From Phycisphaerae bacterium (GTDB taxonomy: Bacteria > Planctomycetota > Phycisphaerae > UBA1845 > Fen-1342), in the NCBI GenBank assembly GCA_050115495.1, contig JASFQK010000005.1, forward strand, positions 1 to 64,000: a DNA stretch of 64,000 nucleotides, in the 5' to 3' direction. Below, piece by piece: positions 30,245 through 39,034 of this stretch. Both the position numbers and the translations under genes were made by a program. The stretch's first letter is position 1, and each line of letters starts with the position of its first letter. The notes under the pieces are model-generated. The model had not been told where the DNA came from. It searched no databases and was given only the letters and a program-made list of their open reading frames with translations.

Positions 30245-31403
30245 TGTCGGACCAGGGTTGCGGCCCCGACTTCACCTGAATTCGCGGCGCGGCGCTCACG
30301 ACGGCCGCTGTCGGCGCGGCGCCGAAACGAATCAGGTCGTCCTCGTCGATCGAGACATCAAGAGACCGCCGGATGAGCTTGGTGAGGTCGTCCGCCCCCG
30401 CCGGCTCTGCCAGGCGCTCAATGTCCTGCCCGACACGTTTGTGCCACGTCCAGAAGTTCTGTTCAAGGCGCGAATCTGATTTCCACTTGTCCGCAAAATC
30501 CTCGTTCGGATTGACCGGATTGGCGATTCGCGGTTCCTGCCCACGAACCAGGCCAGGCATCGCCGCGATGATATCCTGCAGCGCCCCGTACAAATCCGCC
30601 TGACCGTGATATGCCCGCCCTGCAAGCGTGGTGATGATGATCGAGATGGGCTTGAGGTCCATCTGATCCTTGAACATCACGTCACGGTGCTGCTTGAGGA
30701 GTTGAACCGCGCGCTGCAGTATCGTCTTGCACTGGTGCGCCGGTACTTCCTGAATTGACGCGTACGCTCCCTGCTTGACCAGGCTCAGTGCGTGGCGCAT
30801 CTCGCCCTGGCGCATCCGCTTTTCGAACCACTGTGCGAAGCCCTCCGGGTTGCTCTGCGGCCAATCCGGACTGATCACCGAGTAGCCTGGGTGGGTGTTG
30901 TCCGTGATGGCAATGGCGCTTACCGCCTCATCCGGCGCGACGCCCTCCTTCAGCAGCGCTTCCTTGATCAGTTCCTCGTTTGGAATCGCCGGCAGAATGT
31001 CCATGTGGAAGCTGATGTCGTCGGCGTAATCGAGCCGCCAGCAACGCTTCTTCTCAGTTGGCCGCGCCTTCAGGTTGTTGCTGTGCGCGTATGCCTTCAC
31101 GTCATCGCCAATCAGGGCCTTCAGCCCCTGCTGCGTGGTGTCGCCCTTCGTTAGCAGGACATGGCAGACCAGATCCAGGTCGTACTCCTGGTCGGTGAAC
31201 ACCGGGCGCGTCGGCGTACCAAGCCGGAACGACCCCTGTGGAAACACGTCCGGATCCAGATTCGCGATTGGCGAGCCCTCGCGATGGAACCACCTGCCGA
31301 GCGACTTGTAGCGCTCGATGGCCCTTTCGTAGTGCGAAGGAGGAATATCGATCGAGTCCACCAGGTCTTCGAGCACCTGATTCATGAATGCAGCCTTGTC
31401 CAT
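30237..31403 (-). CDS. CBASS CD-NTase (cGAS/DncV-like cyclase)
   Basis: QGSFRLGT, EYDLDL, FHMDILPA, SNPEGFAQWF, PISIIITTL, NPVNPNEDFADKW, C-terminal PQPW; TAATG coupling to the SAVED gene. Confidence 0.92.
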   Translation of the reverse strand: MDKAAFMNQVLEDLVDSIDIPPSHYERAIERYKSLGRWFHREGSPIANLDPDVFPQGSFRLGTPTRPVFTDQEYDLDLVCHVLLTKGDTTQQGLKALIGDDVKAYAHSNNLKARPTEKKRCWRLDYADDISFHMDILPAIPNEELIKEALLKEGVAPDEAVSAIAITDNTHPGYSVISPDWPQSNPEGFAQWFEKRMRQGEMRHALSLVKQGAYASIQEVPAHQCKTILQRAVQLLKQHRDVMFKDQMDLKPISIIITTLAGRAYHGQADLYGALQDIIAAMPGLVRGQEPRIANPVNPNEDFADKWKSDSRLEQNFWTWHKRVGQDIERLAEPAGADDLTKLIRRSLDVSIDEDDLIRFGAAPTAAVVSAAPRIQVKSGPQPWSDSA

Positions 31404-32554
31404 TATTGTGTTTCTCCCGGTGGAACCTGAATCGTCGGCACAAAGCCGCCGAGTTCGTTTACTTGATCGTACACCTGCCACGGCAGGTCGGCCTTGGGCA
31501 TGCGCACGCGACCCAGCTCCACGCAGACCGAAACCGGCGCCGCCGGAAAGACGTGGAGCACCGCGTCCTGCCCGTGATGTTCCTTGATGCGGTCCAGCAG
31601 CGGTCGCGCCAGTCGACGAAAGCGCTGCAACTGCTCGCGTGAACGCAGCAAATCGTTGTTCGGCTGAGCGACCGTGAGGCGCCAAATCGCGACGTCGTTG
31701 CCCAGCACGGCCTTTATGCGATCGTCGGTAACCGTCGCGCTCAGCGCCAGGACCAGCGCGGGCGTTCCTGTTTTCTCCGGCGGTTCTTCGATTAGAAACT
31801 CAAGCCTGCCGTCGTCCTCTTCCCATTGCCAGCCCTTGGGCTCCTTCTTGAGCTGGAAGACGTCGACGTTGGGCAGGTCGGTCAACAGTGACCCGAGCAG
31901 CATGAGCAGCGGTTGCGGCGCCAACGCGAACACCGACAGGTGCTCGATCGCGCCCTCTGCCATCCGCTCACGCACGCGGCGGTCGAACATGGCAATCAAC
32001 TGCCGTGTCTGCAGTGCCCAGAAGTCCGCCGCGTTGTCCTTGAGCGAGCAGTTGTGCATCCCGAGTTCGATCGGCCGGTCCTCCGCCGGGTACCGGTCTG
32101 GAAACAGGTGCTGCTCGGTCGCCTTGCGCGAGAGGGGGGATTGATGGTCGCCGATGTTGGCGCCGTAGAGGACGACATGCGACTTGCGACTCGGATCGAC
32201 GCCGGTGACGCGTTCGATGCGCGTTTCGTGCTCGACCTTCATTTCCTGCAACAGCGCCACGGTGTAGCGGCCGCCGTCCTTTTCCTTGTCGATCGTGCGG
32301 TGACACGCCTGGCACACCAGCATTAAGTTAGCGAGGTCGTTGATTTCCTCCGGTTTCAAGGCCTCGTTGCCGCGCGCCCCGCCCGCACTGAACGCGTAGA
32401 TGTGCGCCTTCTCCGCGATGTTGACCGGCTCCTGAGTGACCGGCGATTTCCACAGGATCTGATTGCAGCCGCGGAATTCGCAATGCCCCGCGGCTTTGCC
32501 CCAGAGCAGGAGTTGCACTGGGTTAGGTATGTAGCGTGTGATCTCTTTGGGCAT
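31403..32554 (-). CDS. CBASS effector, HNH endonuclease-SAVED (Cap5-like)
   Basis: AGHCEFRGC, AHI, NLMLVCQACHRTID; SAVED motifs SVFALAPQPLL..LG and LHVFPAAPVS..VELGR. Confidence 0.9.
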   Translation of the reverse strand: MPKEITRYIPNPVQLLLWGKAAGHCEFRGCNQILWKSPVTQEPVNIAEKAHIYAFSAGGARGNEALKPEEINDLANLMLVCQACHRTIDKEKDGGRYTVALLQEMKVEHETRIERVTGVDPSRKSHVVLYGANIGDHQSPLSRKATEQHLFPDRYPAEDRPIELGMHNCSLKDNAADFWALQTRQLIAMFDRRVRERMAEGAIEHLSVFALAPQPLLMLLGSLLTDLPNVDVFQLKKEPKGWQWEEDDGRLEFLIEEPPEKTGTPALVLALSATVTDDRIKAVLGNDVAIWRLTVAQPNNDLLRSREQLQRFRRLARPLLDRIKEHHGQDAVLHVFPAAPVSVCVELGRVRMPKADLPWQVYDQVNELGGFVPTIQVPPGETQ

Positions 32555-32755
32555 CTCTCAAGCCCTCCACTGGCAGCCCGCCCCTGTCAACCGCAGGGAA
32601 TGACGTGGCAGGCCGGCCACACTCGCACTGTAGACCGCGGCCGACGACCGCTCCAATTCTTAGTGCCGAGCAGCCGAGTCCATTCGCCACTTTTTTTTGT
32701 TTTTCTCGACGCGGCAAATCGCCCTGGCTGCCCGGCAGTACAATGGAGCACAATC

Positions 32756-33397
32756 ATGGAGAACTCGGCGGCATCGGTACTGGCCCGGATGAAGGATGTG
32801 GACCTGCATTCGCTGGTCGAACGCCTCACTATCTATGCGCTCAGGAAAATGCGGAAGCTCCGTTGGCGGGGCATTCGGTACGCGCCGGGGAGGCGTGGGC
32901 TGACGGGGACACGCGGAAATGGACCCGAGGACCTAGTCAGCGATGTCGTACTCCGTGTTATCCAGGGAGAACGCGTCGGTTCATGCCAGGATCAGGCCGA
33001 ACTGGAGCGTTTCCTCCGCAGCGTTATCGACAGTCGCGTCAACCACCTTGTCTGCTCAATTGAAAACCGCTGCACGAATGAGGCGGTGGTTGAGGCCGCG
33101 GCGAAGGCGGATATGCCCAGTCTCGAATCACGGTTGCCGTCCCGCGGCGACGCGACACCGCTTGAGATCATCGTTGATCACGAGGACAAGAAGCGTTTTC
33201 GGGCCGTGGCTCGCAAGGCCGTGGAGGCGGACGCCACGCTCGCGCCGCTGCTTGAGTGTCTCCTGGCTGGCCTGTCACCTGCTGAAGCGGCCGAGTATAT
33301 GGCCGTCGATGTCACGGAGGTCTACGCTGCACGCAAGCGCCTCGATCGAGCTCTCAGCAAGGCCCTCGGCAAACTCGCACGGAGTCAGCCCCAATGA
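32756..33397 (+). CDS. ECF sigma factor-like protein
   Basis: Region 2-like 'PEDLVSDVVLRVIQG...FLRSVIDSRVNH' and region 4 HTH 'GLSPAEAAEYMAVDVTEVYAARKRLDR'; GGAG RBS. Confidence 0.7.
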   Translation: MENSAASVLARMKDVDLHSLVERLTIYALRKMRKLRWRGIRYAPGRRGLTGTRGNGPEDLVSDVVLRVIQGERVGSCQDQAELERFLRSVIDSRVNHLVCSIENRCTNEAVVEAAAKADMPSLESRLPSRGDATPLEIIVDHEDKKRFRAVARKAVEADATLAPLLECLLAGLSPAEAAEYMAVDVTEVYAARKRLDRALSKALGKLARSQPQ

Positions 33398-33831
33398 CCC
33401 CTTCTGAGGAACATGAGAATACGTCCTGGGATCCCGTGTTCGATTTCCTGGCCGACGAGGTTGACGAGATGAGCCAGGAGGAAGTGCGCGCCGAACTGCG
33501 CAGCTTTCGTATAAACGTCGAACCGACGGTCCACCAGATCAAACATGCCCTGCAGGTCACCGAAGCGCGTGAGGCGATGGAAAAGGCGCCCCTCCGCCGC
33601 GCACGGATCCTTGAGAAACTTCGCGACGCGGTGCTTCAGCCAATCGAGAATGCTCGCCGGGATATTCGTGCGTTCCTGCAATCGCAGCGTTTGTCCACAG
33701 TTCACCAAGTGTATTTCAACCGGCTCGAATCAGCCGCTTCGGAAGAGGATCTACGTTCTCTAGTGGAGGATCTTGCAGCCCTCGATTTGTTTGACGATGA
33801 GGACACGAATGGCAAGCAACAGGAGACCTAG
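33394..33831 (+). CDS. Acidic helical hypothetical protein (candidate anti-sigma factor/peptidase substrate)
   Basis: ATGA overlap with the sigma-like gene; overlaps the start of the peptidase gene. Function is inferred from position only. Confidence 0.65.
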   Translation: MTPSEEHENTSWDPVFDFLADEVDEMSQEEVRAELRSFRINVEPTVHQIKHALQVTEAREAMEKAPLRRARILEKLRDAVLQPIENARRDIRAFLQSQRLSTVHQVYFNRLESAASEEDLRSLVEDLAALDLFDDEDTNGKQQET

Positions 33832-34591
33832 TGCCATCCCATTCGCCAAGGCGGCCCAACTCTGGGAGACGTTTGATTGGAAACACCCAGACGCCCTCAA
33901 TCTCGATAATCTGGCGATGGCGCTTGGTGCATTGGTCTTGTATCGCCCGCTTCAATCAGCGGAAGCTCGACTTACGCGGAAAGGTGACCGCGGCATAATC
34001 CGAGTGCGAGACGATCTCGATCCTCCGACACGTCGCCGGTTTGGCGTCGCCCACGAGATTGGCCATTGGCAATTGCACCAATCCGTCTCTCAGCTCTTCG
34101 TGTGTACCGAAGCGGACATGGTCGCCGACTATCGTAATAGCCGTATCGAGGCCGAAGCGAATTCCTTTGCGTCCGCGCTGCTGATGCCGGCGCATCTGTT
34201 TGTTGAGCGAATCCGAAGTCACCGACCGACCTTTGATGAGCTGAAATCACTCGCTGCATATTTCGATACTTCTTTGACCGCCACAGCGATTCGGCGCGTG
34301 GATCTGTCCTCCGACTACTGTGCCCTCGTCGTGTCGCGCGCAGGCCGAGTGAAATGGTGGCGCGGAAGTGAAGACTTTGAGGACGCGTACTGGATTAACC
34401 CTGGTGGTGCGCTTCCACGACAGTCACCCGCCAGAGAGCTTACGGCGACACGTCGTACTTCCGGGCCAGTGCGCACACTGGCGGACGTGTGGGCGGATGA
34501 GCGACACGGGATGTACGCTCAGGAGTTTATCGAGGAATCTGCGTATTTCCCACGCTACGACTTCACCATGACACTAATCTCCCTGCCGTAG
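33809..34591 (+). CDS. ImmA/IrrE-family Zn metallopeptidase (CapP-like)
   Basis: RRRFGVAHEIGHW, EAEANSFASALLMP, FDTSLTATAIR. Confidence 0.9.
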   Translation: MASNRRPSAIPFAKAAQLWETFDWKHPDALNLDNLAMALGALVLYRPLQSAEARLTRKGDRGIIRVRDDLDPPTRRRFGVAHEIGHWQLHQSVSQLFVCTEADMVADYRNSRIEAEANSFASALLMPAHLFVERIRSHRPTFDELKSLAAYFDTSLTATAIRRVDLSSDYCALVVSRAGRVKWWRGSEDFEDAYWINPGGALPRQSPARELTATRRTSGPVRTLADVWADERHGMYAQEFIEESAYFPRYDFTMTLISLP

Positions 34592-35079
34592 GCCCCACCA
34601 AACCACGGGGTATATGCGAGAGTTCTGCGCCAGCTTCGGGAGACCGGCCCGTAGGCATCTTGTGGGGCGAGCGACAGTCAACCGTGGCCACTGTCCGCCG
34701 CGGTGATCGCCCGCGGTCTGCTCGCCGCCACGTAAACCTGCACAGCGCACTCAGGCCTCGGGTAACCCGTCCGCAAGCCATCGGTTTCGCCGCCTGACGA
34801 ACGATGCGCCGCACAAAGCTCCTTGCACCAGCATGGCTTACGCCGCACAAAGTCCAGCCGAGGAGCCCTCCAACTCGGGCATTACCGGCAGGTGGGAGCA
34901 GTAGCACAACATGGCACGATGGCTGGTCTGCCTAAGCCATCCTCATCGGGTCCCAAGGGCCTGCCGGCCTCACGGGGCGAGGACCCGACGACGACGGCTT
35001 CATACGGCAGACCAGGCACAAGCCAGCCGCTCCGAGGACGCAGCCTCCAGGTGCAACGGAAGCGGCCGGCACCAACCAC

Positions 35080-35108
35080 GTCACGGATCACGGTAACGCC
35101 GCCATAAC
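35080..35108 (+). promoter_or_regulatory. GTCAC-N18-CATAAC motif, copy 1 (upstream of type III CBASS)
   Basis: gtcac ggatcacggtaacgccgc cataac, followed by acttctcactaggtgga, similar to the sequence after copy 2. Confidence 0.6.
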
Positions 35109-35591
35109 ACTTCTCACTAGGTGGATCACGCTGACGCTCGCCGCAACGTCTGCAAAGGAAGCTCAATGAGGCCACTGAGGTCATCCGCCCGTGTGTAGGG
35201 TGGTTTCACTGTTTCCCCCGTGGCAGACGCCCTGCCCCGCTTCGCCGGCTAACTCCAGAACGCCGGCAATCGCTCCGAAGCAGACGGTCGGTCGCCCAGC
35301 CCTGGCCGCCGCGGAGGTTTGACCCCAGACTCCCAAGGCCCCGAGCCCACGATACCTCACCATGCAAGGCTCTCCGCAGCTTTGCCATTGTTAGAGTCAT
35401 GTTCGGGAATCGTGGGGACGAGTTCGGTGCCTCCTGCCAATCTGACAGCACCACCAAATCTAGTGGTCAAATGGGCAGGCGTGCACAATTCAGTCGCGAA
35501 ACCAAGTGCCTTGTAACCACTGTCCCTGCAATATGTTACGCCGTTTCTGCTGCGTCACATGAGTGGTACGCGCATTGCTTACGCTCAAGGC

Positions 35592-36578
35592 ATGAACGAG
35601 TCCAAAAACACCATTTCGCCCCCGATCTCCCAAGCCGACGTTCGTCGATTCGCGGAGGGCCGCGTCAACCTGCCACCCGAAGTGGCCAAACAACGTCGTG
35701 AACACGTTAGCGGATTTCGCGAGCGGCTGCAGAAGTGGATCAGAGAGAACCCGAATTGCGGACTCGTCAAGTCGTACCTTTCCGGCAGCCTCGCCAAGGG
35801 CACATCGCTCAGCGTGTCGAGCGACGTAGATATCGCGCTATATCTCAAACATGATGGCGAACGCAAGGTCGACCTGGATCTTGCCAACTGGATCGCCACG
35901 CGAATCCGAAAAGCATTTCCGCAAATGTCTCCGGACCAGATTGAACCCCAGGAGTACTCCGTTAAGGTGACTTTCAAGGGTGCCGGTGTGGACATTGACA
36001 TCGTGCCGGTCTTCTACGACGGCGATCCGGACGACAAGGGCTGGCTCGTCTCGAAAAGAACGGGACGCCTGATGATGACCAGCATCCCGATGCACCGCGC
36101 ATTCATTCGCAAACGTAAGGAAGCCCAACCACAACACTTCGCTCAGGTCGTCCGCTTAGCCAAGTGGTGGGCGGCCGAACAGAAGGGCGCGAACGCCGCC
36201 TTCCGACTGAAATCCTTTATCATCGAATTGATCTGCGCCCACCTCGCGGACAACGGGCACAGCTTCTCCGATTACCGCGAAAGCCTGGAAATTCTGTTCA
36301 ACTATGTTGTCGATACCGAACTGCGGGAGCGAATTGCCTTCGCCGATTACTACGACACCAGCAAGTCGCCCACGACGCTAACGCACCCGATTCAGATCTT
36401 CGACCCGGTCAATCCGGACAACAACACTGCCTCGCAATACACCGAAGAAAATCGTCGGCTGATCGTGACCGCGGCACAGGACGCCCTTGACGCCCTGAAC
36501 GAAGCTCACACTGCCGCTACCAAAGGGCATGCCGTCGAGATGTGGCGGATCGTGCTGGGCAATTCGTTCAGGGGATAG
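35592..36578 (+). CDS. cdnC: CBASS type III CD-NTase (CdnC-like)
   Basis: SGSLAKGT, SDVDIA, DIDIVPV, KSFIIEL, IFDPVNPDNN; first gene of a HORMA-TRIP13-NucC operon. Confidence 0.9.
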   Translation: MNESKNTISPPISQADVRRFAEGRVNLPPEVAKQRREHVSGFRERLQKWIRENPNCGLVKSYLSGSLAKGTSLSVSSDVDIALYLKHDGERKVDLDLANWIATRIRKAFPQMSPDQIEPQEYSVKVTFKGAGVDIDIVPVFYDGDPDDKGWLVSKRTGRLMMTSIPMHRAFIRKRKEAQPQHFAQVVRLAKWWAAEQKGANAAFRLKSFIIELICAHLADNGHSFSDYRESLEILFNYVVDTELRERIAFADYYDTSKSPTTLTHPIQIFDPVNPDNNTASQYTEENRRLIVTAAQDALDALNEAHTAATKGHAVEMWRIVLGNSFRG

Positions 36579-36581
36579 GGC

Positions 36582-37088
36582 ATGACAGCGACATTCACAA
36601 CAACCGAAACATGGTCCTGCACACACGCGCGCTACATTGCCGGCAAAGTTGGGGCCGATTTGCGGCAGATGCAGCAGGCATATGGTCAGCCGACCGATGA
36701 GCACCTTAGTGACCTCGTCGCCGAGTTGACCGCTTACTTGGCTGACGACTACCTCGACTACGTTGAATACGGGTTTCGCCGAGGGGACACGTGGGTCGTC
36801 GCCCACAAGTACACTGCTGGCGAACTCGGCGCTGCAGCCAACGACGACCGCTCAGGGCGTGTGAGACGGGGTGCGAATGTCAGCGGCGCTTACTGGTCCT
36901 CCTACCTTGTCAAGAACGGGCGCTGGTGGAGTCTGTCGCAAGCAGAGCGTGACCGTTATGAATCGCAGATCGCGATCAAACGAACGCCCGGAACCGATGC
37001 AACCCCGGCGTCCGGCGGCTGGGCCACGGAGAGGTCGTATGCGGCAGGTGGCGGAAGCATCAGCCGATCGGGATGTGGGCCAAACTGA
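36582..37088 (+). CDS. cap7: Bacterial HORMA-domain protein
   Basis: 'TTTETWSCTHARYIAGKVGADLRQM...YG.P...VEYGF' typical of HORMA1; operon context. Confidence 0.88.
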   Translation: MTATFTTTETWSCTHARYIAGKVGADLRQMQQAYGQPTDEHLSDLVAELTAYLADDYLDYVEYGFRRGDTWVVAHKYTAGELGAAANDDRSGRVRRGANVSGAYWSSYLVKNGRWWSLSQAERDRYESQIAIKRTPGTDATPASGGWATERSYAAGGGSISRSGCGPN

Positions 37089-38041
37089 TGAGCCATGCGG
37101 ATGTTTTTGAAGATGTTGTGCACCTGCCCAGTGCTCGCGTGCAGACGGAGTACGACCGCCTTGTCGGTCTCGACGAGTACAAGGAGCGGCTTGTTAAAGA
37201 AACGCTTCTGCTGCTTGACCCAGACCTGCTCAGCGAGTGGGACCGGAGATGCCACGGCGGCACACTTGCCGCAATCGACTACTTCCAGTCTCGCCCGCCG
37301 CTCTTCGTGCTTGCCGGCGATGTTGGCACGGGGAAGTCAGCGTTGGCACGCTCCTTTGGAAACGAGGTTGCCAAACGTGCGAGGGCCCCAATTCACCTCT
37401 ACGCCCTGAGCCTCAACGCGCGCGGAAGTGGCGCAGTAGGTGAAATGACACGGCTCATCTCCGGTGCGTTTCAACAGGCTCGCGGAGCCGTCGCAAACAC
37501 CCGAGGCGGCGGCAACAAAGCTGGGCGAGGCGTTATATTGCTCATCGACGAGGCCGATGCCCTCGCTCAATCACGGGAAGCGGCACAGATGCACCACGAG
37601 GATCGTGCCGGTGTGAATGCCCTCATTCGTGGCATTGATGAAATCGCCGCCGAGCGGCTCCCGATTGCAGTTATCATGTGCACGAATCGATTGGGCGCCA
37701 TTGATCCTGCCGTTCGCCGACGTGCCGCCGCAGTGTTCGAATTCCACCGTCCCAACCGTAGGCAGCGTGTTCACGTCCTGCGTGAAGCTCTTCGTGGGAG
37801 CGGCTTGGCGGAATCCGAGCTTGAGGCTCTCGCCGACGCCACCGGAAATAACCGGGAACGTGCTTATGGATACACATATTCGGATTTGACCCAGCGTCTC
37901 GTACCGAGCATCGTGCTCGACGCGTTTCCCGACCGCCCCATTGTCGGCTCCCGTGCGATTGACATCGCGCGGTCCACCGTGCCGACCCCGCCATTCGGCG
38001 TAGCTGGTGACGCAGACCGTGAGGAAAACCACCATGGCTAG
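37088..38041 (+). CDS. cap6: TRIP13/Pch2-like AAA+ ATPase
   Basis: GDVGTGKS, LLIDEADALAQSR, HHEDRAGVNALIRGID, DPAVRRRAA; TGATG coupling. Confidence 0.92.
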   Translation: MSHADVFEDVVHLPSARVQTEYDRLVGLDEYKERLVKETLLLLDPDLLSEWDRRCHGGTLAAIDYFQSRPPLFVLAGDVGTGKSALARSFGNEVAKRARAPIHLYALSLNARGSGAVGEMTRLISGAFQQARGAVANTRGGGNKAGRGVILLIDEADALAQSREAAQMHHEDRAGVNALIRGIDEIAAERLPIAVIMCTNRLGAIDPAVRRRAAAVFEFHRPNRRQRVHVLREALRGSGLAESELEALADATGNNRERAYGYTYSDLTQRLVPSIVLDAFPDRPIVGSRAIDIARSTVPTPPFGVAGDADREENHHG

Positions 38042-38795
38042 CCAGCAGAGAACAGTGGACATCAGGGAGCTTTTCCTGTCCCTGCAAAAGCAGATGCAGG
38101 CGCGACTGGAAACAAACCGTTGTCACATCACGCATCCCGGGTCCAAAGGCGATGCTACCGAGCAATGCTGGCGGGACATGCTCGGTGATTACCTTCCGCA
38201 CCGCTATCAGGTCGAAAAGGCCTTTGTAGTTGACTGCGAGGGTGGTTTGAGTGAGCAAATCGATGCTGTGATTATTGACCGTCAATACTCCCCGCCACTG
38301 TTCTGCCAAGATGGGGAGAAGTTCGTTCCGGCGGAGAGCGTATACGCCGCCTTTGAAATCAAACAGGAACTTACACGCGACTACATCCTCTATGCGGGAC
38401 AGAAGGTTGCTTCCGTGCGGCGACTTCGCCGCACATCGGCACAGATCACCCACGCGGGCGGCACTTTCAAGCCACGCTCGCCGTTTCCCATAATCGGCGG
38501 GATCGTAGCGCTCGCGAGTAGCTGGAACCCGCCACTCGACGGTCCATTCCGGAGCGCATTGTGCGAACTTGCGCGAGACGAACAACTCGATATCGGTTGC
38601 GTCCTGCAAGCGGGCGGCTTCGAGTGCTCCTGGGATGGCGGTGATTGCGAGGTGCGTGTCAGCGAGAGCGGCGACGCGCTGATCACTTTCTTCCTTCGGT
38701 TGCTTTCCAGACTGCAGGGCTTGGGCACTGTACCCGCAATGGACCTGGAGGAGTATGAGCGGGCACTCAGCCTGCGGGGACCAAAGGTAGAGTAG
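38034..38795 (+). CDS. nucC: NucC cyclic-oligoadenylate-activated endonuclease
   Basis: HPGSKGDATE, YLPHRYQV, SEQIDAVIIDRQYSP, PAESVYAAFEIKQ. Confidence 0.92.
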   Translation: MASQQRTVDIRELFLSLQKQMQARLETNRCHITHPGSKGDATEQCWRDMLGDYLPHRYQVEKAFVVDCEGGLSEQIDAVIIDRQYSPPLFCQDGEKFVPAESVYAAFEIKQELTRDYILYAGQKVASVRRLRRTSAQITHAGGTFKPRSPFPIIGGIVALASSWNPPLDGPFRSALCELARDEQLDIGCVLQAGGFECSWDGGDCEVRVSESGDALITFFLRLLSRLQGLGTVPAMDLEEYERALSLRGPKVE

Positions 38796-39034
38796 ACGCT
38801 TGGCTACACATCAAAGTCGCCGTGTGAGCAGAATGGCGAGGTAGCCGAGAAACACGCCGGTCGCGGCGTTGGGATGGGCAAGCGCGAGGCCGCCTAACAT
38901 CAGTATCAGAATCAAGCCAGCGTTCATGACCGTTCCTATGCCATATCTAGCGGAGAATGTCACGCGCCGGCGGTCGTCCCCGTCGGATCCCAGGGCTTGG
39001 CGGCCTGGGCTGGCGAGACCCCGAGGACGACGGC

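Noticed and set aside
34600..34910. Tyrosine integrase remnant (minus-strand 'VRRIVRQAAK...GRVT')
   Set aside because: No HxLRH or catalytic Tyr motif; similarity too weak.
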